Below, in pieces: positions 1 through 8,761 of a stretch of DNA of 47,151 nt. Position numbers and translations under genes: made by a program. Below the pieces are notes generated by a model. The model saw nothing but the letters and a program-made list of their open reading frames with translations. It searched no databases and had not been told where the DNA came from. The stretch is from Bacteriovoracaceae bacterium. Its GTDB lineage: Bacteria > Bdellovibrionota > Bacteriovoracia > Bacteriovoracales > Bacteriovoracaceae. The stretch spans positions 1-47,151 of the forward strand of contig JBFEUX010000001.1 of the NCBI GenBank assembly GCA_041547255.1, in the 5' to 3' direction. Each line of letters begins with the position of its first letter. The first letter of the stretch is position 1.

Positions 1-720
1 CGTAATACTCGTCCTCGCCCAACAAGACATCAGCGTCCAGAAAGCCCTCCAATGAGAAGGGATCCCCGTACGCATCGACCTAATAGGCCAGTAACAAGAA
101 GACCTAGACCAAATAATTACTTAAGAAGAAGACCAACAAGAAGCAACTATGGAACAAGAAGATATCACAATCCATACCGCTATACTCGCAGAACTTATAC
201 AAGATATATTCACCTTCCCTATGTTTATCGTGTAAATCATGCAAGAAGATTTACTCCTAGGGATTATTATATATCTTTAAGAAGCACCTTTAGTAGATTC
301 ATTTATATAAATTGGATCTTTTATCCTTCTACCCTAACTAATGGATACCATTTTATTGATGGCTATCCTTACTATGTTTACAATGGTTACCGTCACCGTT
401 ATTCATGGGATGATACGTGTAACTATCAATTAGTTGATACTTACACACATAGAGTTGTTGAGAGCTATTATTATAATACCTGTGTAAATTCTTATAATTC
501 ATGTGCTCAAGTTAGAGATCGTATGAACTACTCTGCATTCGATAATAGATATTTCTGTGCAGAAACATTTAGAGATGAATATTACGACTATTCAACTCCG
601 ACCTATGACTATAATGATTATGATGATTATGATGACTATGATGACTATGATTATAATGATTCAGCGGATAACTGTTATGACTACGACTATAACACTGGTG
701 TTTGCTATGATAATTTCTAA
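1..720 (+). CDS. 5'-truncated ORF: lysine-free, Arg/Pro-rich then Tyr-rich protein with 6 Cys and an acidic (D-Y)n C-terminal tail; function unknown
   Basis: Frame 1 is open from base 1 (RNTRPRPTRHQRPESPP precedes the first Met at 52) to TAA at 718-720, in an AT-rich genome where random frames close quickly. Arg is encoded mostly by AGA, matching genome style. A hairpin plus T-run follows at 750-776. No family recognised. Confidence 0.6.
   Translation, partial: RNTRPRPTRHQRPESPPMRRDPRTHRPNRPVTRRPRPNNYLRRRPTRSNYGTRRYHNPYRYTRRTYTRYIHLPYVYRVNHARRFTPRDYYISLRSTFSRFIYINWIFYPSTLTNGYHFIDGYPYYVYNGYRHRYSWDDTCNYQLVDTYTHRVVESYYYNTCVNSYNSCAQVRDRMNYSAFDNRYFCAETFRDEYYDYSTPTYDYNDYDDYDDYDDYDYNDSADNCYDYDYNTGVCYDNF
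607..660 (+). repeat. Imperfect in-frame 9-nt tandem repeat (gat-gat/gac-tat) encoding DYNDYDDYDDYDDYDYND
   Basis: Direct reading of gactataatgattatgatgattatgatgactatgatgactatgattataatgat. Confidence 0.8.
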
Positions 721-749
721 ATATTAGTACCATAATTCGAAGATAAGAT

Positions 750-776
750 AAGGGCCTCAATTGGGGCCCTTTTTTA
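750..776 (+). terminator. Rho-independent terminator for the left-edge ORF
   Basis: Stem agggcc (751-756) / ggccct (765-770) followed by ttttt (771-775). It abuts the stop codon of the convergent thioesterase gene. Confidence 0.6.
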
Positions 777-1187
777 TTCAGCTAAACCAATGGCTTGTAA
801 CCACTCCAAAGGAGGATCAATTAGTTTTCTTTTCGCAAAATCCATAAAACCAAAAGTAAAAGTGGCATCTGAGGCCAATGTCCCATCCGCTTTGTACATT
901 TCTTGCTTTATTCGACCAATCTTTCCCTTCCACGGCTCCGATTGAGACTTGATGGTAATCATCTCACGATTGACTAACTCGCGTTTAAAACGACAGGACA
1001 CATCTAAAACCACGGGGCCCTGCTGACGTTCATGTACTTCTTTTAATCCATAACCATTTTTTGTAATAAAATCCCAACGTGTTTGTTCATACAGTTCAAA
1101 ATAAACGGCATTATTCACGTGTCCAAATGTATCTAAATGATATTCCAGGATTTGAATCTGATATTCAAATTTAGTAGGCTCTGACAT
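774..1187 (-). CDS. Hotdog-fold acyl-CoA thioesterase (4HBT/YbgC-like)
   Basis: 137 aa. The N-terminal YHLDTFGHVNNAVYFELYE block is typical of the 4HBT catalytic region, and the size fits the family. Confidence 0.75.
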   Translation of the reverse strand: MSEPTKFEYQIQILEYHLDTFGHVNNAVYFELYEQTRWDFITKNGYGLKEVHERQQGPVVLDVSCRFKRELVNREMITIKSQSEPWKGKIGRIKQEMYKADGTLASDATFTFGFMDFAKRKLIDPPLEWLQAIGLAE

Positions 1188-1247
1188 ATTATCTCCGTAA
1201 GATTAGCTTCATTATGGCCAGTTTTTACGCAGATGTGAAGTTGATTA

Positions 1248-3563
1248 TTATTTTATCGCGATTCTTTTATCAGCAGCAACCTTAGCGTAGCGCTTAGAAA
1301 TCGTTTCAAATAATCCTACCTTTTTCGGGTGTAAATTCTTGTCATCAATTGTGACACCTTTTCCACTTGGGCCACGTTTTCTTCCTAGAGAAGCAAATGG
1401 ATTATCTGTCTTCTTTCTTTGTCCAATTGTTCCACCACTTCTAATATTATTACCCCCCTTTTGAAAGGTCGCTTTTACTTTATCTCCATCCATACTTGCG
1501 GGTCCGCGCGGGCCACCAGCACCACCGGTGCTATCATCACCACCTCCGGCACCACCGCCTCCAAGAGCGCCGCCTCCGCCGCCTCCGCCACCTCCGGCAC
1601 CTGATCTAGATCCACCAACTTTGGCAGCAGCAACCTTTTTAAAACCGTTGGTACTTTTACTTCCATCACTAGAGCCTAGAATATTGTTTAATGCTTCCTT
1701 CTGTGGAGCTCCATCTGCAATCGCTGAATTTCCACTTCCAGTAGATGAGTCCAGCTCGCCACTTTCCAAACCAATATTTCCATTACCTTGCATTCCGCCT
1801 CCAGCAAAACCAATGTCCACGCCACCAGCATTTATCCTGCCAGCAGCTGAACCACCACAGCTTGGTGAACCTGGATTCTGATCACAGAACGCTGGACCTA
1901 AATCCAGCCCGGCGGCGGCTTCCGGTTGATTAAACTCGGCTTCCTTTAATGCCTCTTCAACTTTCCCTACCATCTTTGACTGTTTTCTATAAATACTTGC
2001 TGTAATTGCAGCGACTATAGCTTTAGATAAAGCGAGGGCCCCTGTTTGAAGTAATTTGTCTTTTACATGTTGATTAGGAAATAAAGCTTGTTCCATTTCT
2101 CCTCGGTTTAACTCATACATACGCACGAGCGAGCATGAAAATTCTTTTTCCAATTTATAACTATTTTCTTTTCCCTTAACACACCACTCTTCAGAAACAA
2201 CTTTAGGTGATGGAAAGCTCGCCATATTGGCAAACATGGCAACGGCACGAGCTGTCTCCATTGCGGCTTTCGCTGTTTCAACATTTGCTTTTTCTTTATA
2301 GATTCGCTTCTGAGCTTTAAAGCCCGCTGTTTGAGAGTCAACTCCCCCCTTAGCAGAATCCTTCATAGCATCACTTTGTATATCAGCGCCTTTAACCGCC
2401 TCATATCCTGAACCAACAACAGGCAAGACGAGATCATTACTTAAAGCGAAGCCGTTATACCACTGCACCGCCCGAACACAGCCAGCAAAGTCTACCGCAT
2501 AAGGAGGATTCGCAAGAGCTCTATTTTTGGCCACACACACAATCCCTTTCCCTGTCTCCGCATTACTATCAATTGAGGCATAGCTCATTATCCCCTGGCT
2601 GATATCCTTATCATTTTCTTTAACTCTTAATGATAATGCATTTAAAGAAATACAACCTGCAAGTCTTTCGGAAACATATTTTTCCATCAATGAATTCTCT
2701 CCACCAAGAGCAAATAGTTTTTTTACATTGCTATGAGCTTGTCTACATTCACCACGTACTCCACCTGAGCCTGACTGAGCTGTAGCACCTGCTTGTTGGG
2801 CTCCAGTAGCACTCATCCCTCGAGACTGAGTACAAACACTCCCCGTCTGATTAGGAGTTGTAACATATTGTCTAAAATGATCAATATTATCAGAATGCTT
2901 TAAAATTTCATTACAAATTTTCTGTGGATCTTTAAAGTTTATTTCTTGAGCCTCCATATAGTCTGAGGCAAAAAATTGTGCACACTCATTTACACTGGAA
3001 ATCATTTTAGGATCGGTTAATTGAGGATTGCTTATCTCATCGTAAAAGTCTCTTTTCAAATATCTTCCAGCATCTTCATTTCCAGATATGTTTTCATAAT
3101 AATACATACAATTTAATTTTTCCAAGGCGGTATAGACTCGCATAACAATCGCATTCTGCGGATTTGAACGAATCTGCTCCAGAACAGTTTCAACTTCCGA
3201 AGAGATTTCATTATCCCCTTGTTTCGCTATTGCAACGGCCATCGCGGGAGCCCCAGTCTGTGATGCATGCTTTTCAGCTTCCTTTCTACATTTTTCATAT
3301 ACTGGTTCTTGATTGCTGTTTTGCCCAGCGTTTCCTTCTTTCGCCATACACTCATTAAAATTCTTTTTTACATCTGGTTCCATTGATTTAGAAATAGTTG
3401 AAACAAGCGGGTTATCACCTAAAGTAGATTCTAACTCCTGGGTATTGCCAGACTGGTTATTGCTATCGCCTACTACCCCCACACCTGTGGCACCCACTTC
3501 TAAAGTGAGAAGCATCAAGGCCATTGGAAAAGCTATTTTGAAACTTAGTTTTTTCATAAACAT
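1248..3563 (-). CDS. Large secreted Cys-containing protein with a poly-Gly low-complexity region and a basic C-terminal module; unknown function
   Basis: 771-aa ORF. N-terminal signal-like peptide MKKLSFKIAFPMALMLLTLEVGA, a run GAGGGGGGGGGALGGGGAGGG, and C-terminus TIDDKNLHPKKVGLFETISKRYAK. No family recognised. Confidence 0.6.
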   Translation of the reverse strand: MFMKKLSFKIAFPMALMLLTLEVGATGVGVVGDSNNQSGNTQELESTLGDNPLVSTISKSMEPDVKKNFNECMAKEGNAGQNSNQEPVYEKCRKEAEKHASQTGAPAMAVAIAKQGDNEISSEVETVLEQIRSNPQNAIVMRVYTALEKLNCMYYYENISGNEDAGRYLKRDFYDEISNPQLTDPKMISSVNECAQFFASDYMEAQEINFKDPQKICNEILKHSDNIDHFRQYVTTPNQTGSVCTQSRGMSATGAQQAGATAQSGSGGVRGECRQAHSNVKKLFALGGENSLMEKYVSERLAGCISLNALSLRVKENDKDISQGIMSYASIDSNAETGKGIVCVAKNRALANPPYAVDFAGCVRAVQWYNGFALSNDLVLPVVGSGYEAVKGADIQSDAMKDSAKGGVDSQTAGFKAQKRIYKEKANVETAKAAMETARAVAMFANMASFPSPKVVSEEWCVKGKENSYKLEKEFSCSLVRMYELNRGEMEQALFPNQHVKDKLLQTGALALSKAIVAAITASIYRKQSKMVGKVEEALKEAEFNQPEAAAGLDLGPAFCDQNPGSPSCGGSAAGRINAGGVDIGFAGGGMQGNGNIGLESGELDSSTGSGNSAIADGAPQKEALNNILGSSDGSKSTNGFKKVAAAKVGGSRSGAGGGGGGGGGALGGGGAGGGDDSTGGAGGPRGPASMDGDKVKATFQKGGNNIRSGGTIGQRKKTDNPFASLGRKRGPSGKGVTIDDKNLHPKKVGLFETISKRYAKVAADKRIAIK
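1501..1620. repeat. GC-rich (GGN)n low-complexity coding tract
   Basis: ccaccagcaccaccgg...gccgcctccgccgcctccgccacctccggcacc. This is the local GC island that encodes the Gly run of the 771-aa protein on the minus strand. Confidence 0.8.
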
Positions 3564-3685
3564 ACCTCACCGACTTATCGGCAAAATGAGAGTTTTACTA
3601 AACTATTGTCTCATTTATCAGGACTTAGAGGCTAATTTTCTAAAAACGATCGTAATTTCAAGTTCTTACAGCAGATAGTAATTCT

Positions 3686-3711
3686 AAGCCGCCAAAATTT
3701 AATGGCGGTTT
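3686..3711 (-). terminator. Weak hairpin downstream of the 930-aa gene
   Basis: Stem ccgcca (3689-3694) / tggcgg (3703-3708), extendable by A-T and G-U pairs. There is only a weak U-tract in the minus sense. Confidence 0.35.
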
Positions 3712-3731
3712 AGATTACTTATGATCAACTC

Positions 3732-6524
3732 TTATTTTTTCTTAGAAGGACGCTCGTTTAACAGCGCAGGGTACTTAATAAAATAGCGATTGGAGATGAG
3801 CTTAAAGATATTTACATGGGGCTTCTCATTAATGCCAGCATCATCAAGCACAAAGTCTTCTAAGGCTTGTCCAGTATCGCTACCCGTAGCACTTTCCCCT
3901 TCGGCAATACTTGTTCCACCTTCTCCACCGGAAACATCAAAGTCAAAATCACTTTTCGCTGTCCCGCCCTGAAAGTCCTTAGCTTTAAAGTTTTGCGGCT
4001 GGTATTCGGCAGCTTTCTTTTTCTTGAGTTTTTCTAGTTTATCTGAAAGAGAAGCAGTCCCTGAAGGCAGTTGCATTGAACTAACAGCGCTTGAATTTGG
4101 ATCTCCCGAATATAGTTTTTTAAACTTTGTCATACTTTTGGCCAGAGAGATTGGTTTTGCTCTCTTATTTTTTAATTTATTGGCCCTATCTTTTTGAAGC
4201 TTATCGTACTTTTTAATTAATCCTTCATTCTGCTTTTTTATGGCCTTGCTCATACTGGATATACTTCCAAGAGATGCATCACTTAATGCATCCGACTTAC
4301 TATTCATCCCCTTAGTACCAGCTGCAAAACTTGCTGTTTCAAGAGCATTTAAAGCACCTAGTTCATTTTTTCCAGCTAGACTTCTAAGTCCTCGTCCAGA
4401 AGTAAGTGAAATTCTCTTTCTTGGAATGACAGAAGGACAAAGAGCAGGTGCAAAGCCATTACCTTTTGCAACTGCACATTGCATAACACCTGATCCACTA
4501 TCATCAACGCCAGTACCATCATTAACGGACTTCCCCGTTCCAGTTATTGGTTTATTTGGATCACTATATTGAGCAAAGCGAGTTAACTCTGCGTGAGAGG
4601 CCAAAAACCGCTCACGTTCTTTTCTAACAAGATCACGTCTTTTCTCAGCTTCCTTCAGTGACTTGCTATTAAACATTAAGATGACAGCAGTAATTCCGGC
4701 CATGATTCCCCACGTCCAGGCCCTATTAACCGGTTTAGGAAAGGCATTTTCGCGCAGCCAATCTCCCATAAGGTAATATAAAACAGCGGCCTTCACTCCC
4801 AAATTTAACAAGGACATAAAGTCCATAGCATTAGCACTAGCAATAATCATTTCTTGTTTTACTTGCGAAATTGATGCAAACAAAAATTCTTCTATATTTT
4901 GAGGGTCATGTTCTTTTAATTGCTTTAAATGATACTCATATTCTTTTTTTAGGTTAGAGTCATTTAATAAAGCATCCTGATTATCCATAATATATTGAAT
5001 ATAAGAATCTGATTGCGCTATTTTCTGGATACGCTCAAGAGGTGTAATATTTTTAATTCTCTTTATATTTTCATAAGCTACTCTTTTTAAGAGATTTTCC
5101 ACCATGACTTTTACATAATATTTTTCATTTTTTTTAAGCCTTATCTCCGAAGTACTATTTAGCACTGTAATCGCATCTTTTACTTCATCATTATAAGCCG
5201 TTAGAGAATTACTCGAATCTAAAGTTGCACCTTTTATAGTATGAGTTCCACAACAAAATGCAGGCAACTGTCTGTTTAGCTCAATAGCTTGAACCTTTGC
5301 CAGGATAGGAGGACCGACAGGAGGACAGCCTCCCAGTGAACCAGAGAATTGTGAAATCATAGCAGCTCTTTCAGATTTCTTTGCAGCATCTGCGGTATCA
5401 TTAACTCCAGCTTTAGTTTTATTTGCGGCTCCCTCTGCAGCGGTATGTTTAGGTGCAGGTGTTATTAATCCCACCACAGAAGAAACTATTTTGCTGAAAA
5501 ATCCTGTTATCCCCGCGTTGTCTGCAGCAGCTTTTGTACCTTCTTCCGCAGCTTCAGCATTTGATTCTGCTATTGTTTCCATGGTCTGCGTGTCTATTAA
5601 GCTTTTGTATCCTGCTAGACCTGTTTGAGCTGCATAACACTGCGTGGCCATTGCGGCAGTTGCTGTATTACTGGAATAAGTAGCTCCTTGTGATCCTAAT
5701 GCTGCTATATCTCCAGTAAGTTGCCCTCGCAAGGTCTCGTCCTTAGTCTTTGTCTCTGCTTTAAAGGCGGTACAGCTGGCTTCCATTCCCATGATATTTT
5801 TAATTTCTAATGCAGTTGCCGTAACAAATGCCACTTCGGCCAGCGTCGCTCCCATAACTTTTTTCTTCAGTCCCGAGGCTTGTTTAGAATAAATTTCTTC
5901 CAGAGCATCATAAGCAGCTAATTGTTTATTATTGGCCTCTTGATTTTTCTTAGCTTGTTCTCTCCCTTTCGCACGGGCTTCTTTATTTCCTGAACGATCG
6001 TACTCAGTAGCTTTTCTTGCAGAGAACTGCTTATCTACGGCAATCTTTGATGCCTCTTTAAATTCACTATTTGCAGCTACCTCACCTAGTACGTAGGTTA
6101 AACAACCTACTTGAACAATCGGAAAAGTGATTGCCGCCCCTACATTCTGTGGACACATTGCCGCTATTTGTGAGATGGGATTAAAAAACAAGGTCACCCC
6201 AACCATCGCAAAGGCAGCACCCACAAATTGCTCTATTATTCCGACCATCCCTTCCGAGTAGGCATCCTTCAAATCGGTCTTTGATAAATCCTTACTAAAT
6301 TGACAACCAGGTCGGTAAACTTTGTCATTACTCGGTTGGGCCCCATCGTCTTCGCATCCCTTATCAGAAGTTTTGGAACTAGAATCAGAGTCACTGCTTT
6401 CAGCATAAGCACTAATTGAATCGCCACCATTTATCCCAGGAACTGGCGCTAAAATAAGAGTCATCAAAATCATTGCATTGATGAAGGCCATAGCTAAAAG
6501 TTTGAACGCATCTTTCATAATCAA
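3732..6524 (-). CDS. Large membrane-associated protein of unknown function, with multiple hydrophobic helices, coiled/low-complexity regions and a C-terminal module shared with the 771-aa neighbour
   Basis: 930-aa ORF. N-terminal hydrophobic segment LLAMAFINAMILMTLILAPVPG, further hydrophobic helices (GAAFAMVGVTLFF, WGIMAGITAVILMF), and C-terminus VLDDAGINEKPHVNIFKLISNRYFIK. Confidence 0.6.
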   Translation of the reverse strand: MIMKDAFKLLAMAFINAMILMTLILAPVPGINGGDSISAYAESSDSDSSSKTSDKGCEDDGAQPSNDKVYRPGCQFSKDLSKTDLKDAYSEGMVGIIEQFVGAAFAMVGVTLFFNPISQIAAMCPQNVGAAITFPIVQVGCLTYVLGEVAANSEFKEASKIAVDKQFSARKATEYDRSGNKEARAKGREQAKKNQEANNKQLAAYDALEEIYSKQASGLKKKVMGATLAEVAFVTATALEIKNIMGMEASCTAFKAETKTKDETLRGQLTGDIAALGSQGATYSSNTATAAMATQCYAAQTGLAGYKSLIDTQTMETIAESNAEAAEEGTKAAADNAGITGFFSKIVSSVVGLITPAPKHTAAEGAANKTKAGVNDTADAAKKSERAAMISQFSGSLGGCPPVGPPILAKVQAIELNRQLPAFCCGTHTIKGATLDSSNSLTAYNDEVKDAITVLNSTSEIRLKKNEKYYVKVMVENLLKRVAYENIKRIKNITPLERIQKIAQSDSYIQYIMDNQDALLNDSNLKKEYEYHLKQLKEHDPQNIEEFLFASISQVKQEMIIASANAMDFMSLLNLGVKAAVLYYLMGDWLRENAFPKPVNRAWTWGIMAGITAVILMFNSKSLKEAEKRRDLVRKERERFLASHAELTRFAQYSDPNKPITGTGKSVNDGTGVDDSGSGVMQCAVAKGNGFAPALCPSVIPRKRISLTSGRGLRSLAGKNELGALNALETASFAAGTKGMNSKSDALSDASLGSISSMSKAIKKQNEGLIKKYDKLQKDRANKLKNKRAKPISLAKSMTKFKKLYSGDPNSSAVSSMQLPSGTASLSDKLEKLKKKKAAEYQPQNFKAKDFQGGTAKSDFDFDVSGGEGGTSIAEGESATGSDTGQALEDFVLDDAGINEKPHVNIFKLISNRYFIKYPALLNERPSKKK

Positions 6525-6578
6525 ATCCTCAAATAAAATCCATTTCTTTCAATTTTACTGCAACACTTTAAAAATAAA

Positions 6579-6619
6579 GGGCCAGTTCAGTTAATCGGTT
6601 GATTTTATTGAACGGGCCC
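6579..6619 (-). terminator. Hairpin plus T-rich tract downstream of the 251-aa gene
   Basis: gggccagttca (6579-6589) pairs with tgaacgggccc (6609-6619) with one mismatch and a 19-nt loop. The minus-sense continuation is tttatttttaaag. Confidence 0.4.
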
Positions 6620-6663
6620 TAAATCTATTAGCAAAATATCTTGGCAAATTTTATAATTACGCT

Positions 6664-7419
6664 CTAGGAGCGCTTTTTCTTAGTTTTCTTTGAACCTTTG
6701 TTGGCCATTTTCTTTTTATAAAAAACAAAGGCAACGATCCCGGCCAAAACAAGGAAAATAAGTAAGTCTTCTTCACTGCCGCCTTCACCTTTACGAGTTT
6801 TGGAGCTCACTGAGCCAATATTCGCCTGGTCATCAACAGGATCAAAGGTAACCTCTCCAATATTATCAGTAGCGGCACGTGGTTTGATTTTACCAACTCC
6901 CGACAACTGGATATTAGTTTGACGAATAATACGCATAGAGGAAATGACAGAGTCAAAGATTTCTTTATAAGCACTGTATAGACTTTTGGTAACAGAGAAG
7001 GTTACGGCCACTCCGATATCTGCCTTGGTTGCTGCCAGATAGCGAGTGTAAAAACCTGGCACTTCAGAGGCCATATGAAGGGCATCAATCCAAGGAAGCC
7101 CATTAATAACTTTTTTATCTACAGTTTTAGGTTCTGATCTTTGAGTTTTTCCACCTGGTAAAGAATAAGTTTTGGCCTGCTTTAAATAGGCCATATATTC
7201 GGCCAGAGTATCTTGTGGCCCACGTTTTTTAGCGGCAAGAATAATGATGGCCTCTTTTTTACGTTCTAGGTTTTCACTTTGGCAAACCCATTCACTCCCC
7301 TCAATTACACACTGCCAACCAGCAGGTAATTCAAATTTAATGAATCCGTTTGAGAATTCCTTGGCCTGTGTCAGCGAAGAAAAAACTAGAACTGCAGTCA
7401 GCAATGATACTTTAAACAT
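6664..7419 (-). CDS. Secreted/periplasmic protein with a C-terminal transmembrane anchor and a poly-Lys tail; unknown function
   Basis: 251 aa. Signal peptide MFKVSLLTAVLVFSSLTQA, and a C-terminal LLIFLVLAGIVAFVFY helix followed by KKKMANKGSKKTKKKRS. Confidence 0.55.
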   Translation of the reverse strand: MFKVSLLTAVLVFSSLTQAKEFSNGFIKFELPAGWQCVIEGSEWVCQSENLERKKEAIIILAAKKRGPQDTLAEYMAYLKQAKTYSLPGGKTQRSEPKTVDKKVINGLPWIDALHMASEVPGFYTRYLAATKADIGVAVTFSVTKSLYSAYKEIFDSVISSMRIIRQTNIQLSGVGKIKPRAATDNIGEVTFDPVDDQANIGSVSSKTRKGEGGSEEDLLIFLVLAGIVAFVFYKKKMANKGSKKTKKKRS

Positions 7420-7541
7420 ATTATTATTCCTTTTTTATATAGTTTAATTGTAATTGCTTTTTGAAATTTCTCAAATATTGACTAAATTTTCCCGGAAATT
7501 TAACTGGTTAAACTAAAACTATGCCAATTAATTTAGTCAGT

Positions 7542-8753
7542 TTATTCTAGTATTTGATCGGCCCTAATCACAGTGCCTTCCTCAACTCTTTTACGCGAGT
7601 ATTTTTTTGTTATTTTAACTAAAGAGCGGGAAGACTTGGCCTTAACAACAATTCCACTGGCAATTATCTTATTTATGCCCTTAAAATTATTATGATAAAA
7701 ATCGACCCTCATCCCCTTACTTAGCCCACTAGTGATTCCTTGATCAACGATTACGATACGGCGAGTTTTAGAAAGTTTAATCACTCTACCTTCGATGCGA
7801 TATTGCTTGAACTTACTATTATGCTTTGAATACTCTGAAACTTTCTTATCCGAACGATGAGTCAGTCCAATTAAGACTCTCTGATCAAGACTTGTACTTT
7901 TTCCAGCTGTGTCTTGAGCATATTGCAGTGTTAGCATCCACTTTTTCTCAATACTAAAATTTACCCCCGCATAAGGCGCAGTCCAGGAGCGATTGACACT
8001 CACAAACTCATTTGAGAACCCTTGAAAAACATTTGGGATAGTAGAAGGATTATCCGAATAAGCACTATTATTTCTGGAAATAACTGTTTCTATCCCCCCG
8101 TACATAGCAAATGTTTTCCACGCAAGCCCGGCTTGAAACTTACCAAAAATCTCGTGGGCCAAATAGTCAGCTGGTGAACGATAGGCAATATGCGCATCCA
8201 AGTAATTATTAGATATGCTTCTATAATCCAAATCCACAGCAATAGCATAGGCCCTACTATCATCACCAAGAGCAACAGTATCTGGCACAGTTCCATCTGT
8301 ATAAAGATCATTACTATGATTAGGAGAGCGGTAATATCCTTCAATCGCGTACTTCAATCCAGTCATCTCTGGAAAACTATATTTGAAACCAATAAGAGTA
8401 GACTCTACTCCCAAGGTAGAAAATTTTCGCGTTTGCACGGCCGTACCATAATCGGCGGTGAGATCAGTACTTATATAACGACTTCTCACCCCCAGCATCA
8501 GTTGTAAGTAATCAGTCATTCCATACATAAAAGAAAGATCGCCATCAACACGCATATAAGCAAAGCCATCTGAAGCAGCAGTTGTTTGCCCATTAACATC
8601 GGCAATGGATTGAGTATTGTAATATTCTGCGGAAGCTTGAAACTGAATCCCGCCTTTATACAAGGTCTGAGAAAAAGGGATATAGGACACTTGTGTATAA
8701 GCACTGTTCACATATGCTACAACTGCGATACTTACCCATAATAATTTTTTCAT
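7542..8753 (-). CDS. Putative outer-membrane beta-barrel-like protein with a ~90-aa basic C-terminal extension
   Basis: 403 aa. Signal peptide MKKLLWVSIAVVAYVNSAYTQ, then about 300 aa of alternating aromatic/polar Tyr/Gly-rich strands, then YRIEGRVIKLSKTRRIVIVDQGITSGLSKGMRVDFY. No named family recognised. Confidence 0.45.
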   Translation of the reverse strand: MKKLLWVSIAVVAYVNSAYTQVSYIPFSQTLYKGGIQFQASAEYYNTQSIADVNGQTTAASDGFAYMRVDGDLSFMYGMTDYLQLMLGVRSRYISTDLTADYGTAVQTRKFSTLGVESTLIGFKYSFPEMTGLKYAIEGYYRSPNHSNDLYTDGTVPDTVALGDDSRAYAIAVDLDYRSISNNYLDAHIAYRSPADYLAHEIFGKFQAGLAWKTFAMYGGIETVISRNNSAYSDNPSTIPNVFQGFSNEFVSVNRSWTAPYAGVNFSIEKKWMLTLQYAQDTAGKSTSLDQRVLIGLTHRSDKKVSEYSKHNSKFKQYRIEGRVIKLSKTRRIVIVDQGITSGLSKGMRVDFYHNNFKGINKIIASGIVVKAKSSRSLVKITKKYSRKRVEEGTVIRADQILE

Positions 8754-8761
8754 TAATTAAA

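Noticed and set aside
569-760. 63-aa His-rich minus-strand ORF (HYNHSHHSHHNHHNHYSH).
   Set aside because: This is the antisense frame of the gat/tat repeat that encodes the D-Y tail. It also runs through the terminator hairpin.
1528-1881. 117-aa Pro-rich ORF on the + strand (PPPAPPPPRAPPPPPPPPPAP...), plus neighbouring + strand ORFs at 1419-1604 and 1745-1933.
   Set aside because: This is the antisense shadow of the (GGN)n/Gly-Ser-rich coding tract of the 771-aa minus-strand gene. GGN reads as NCC (Pro) on the other strand. There is no independent start context.
8090-8704. Several 60-105-aa ORFs in alternative frames inside the barrel-like gene (8090-8344 and 8516-8704 on the minus strand, 8190-8507 on the + strand).
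   Set aside because: They are fully nested in a longer ORF that has a signal peptide and consistent composition. They are typical alternative-frame noise.
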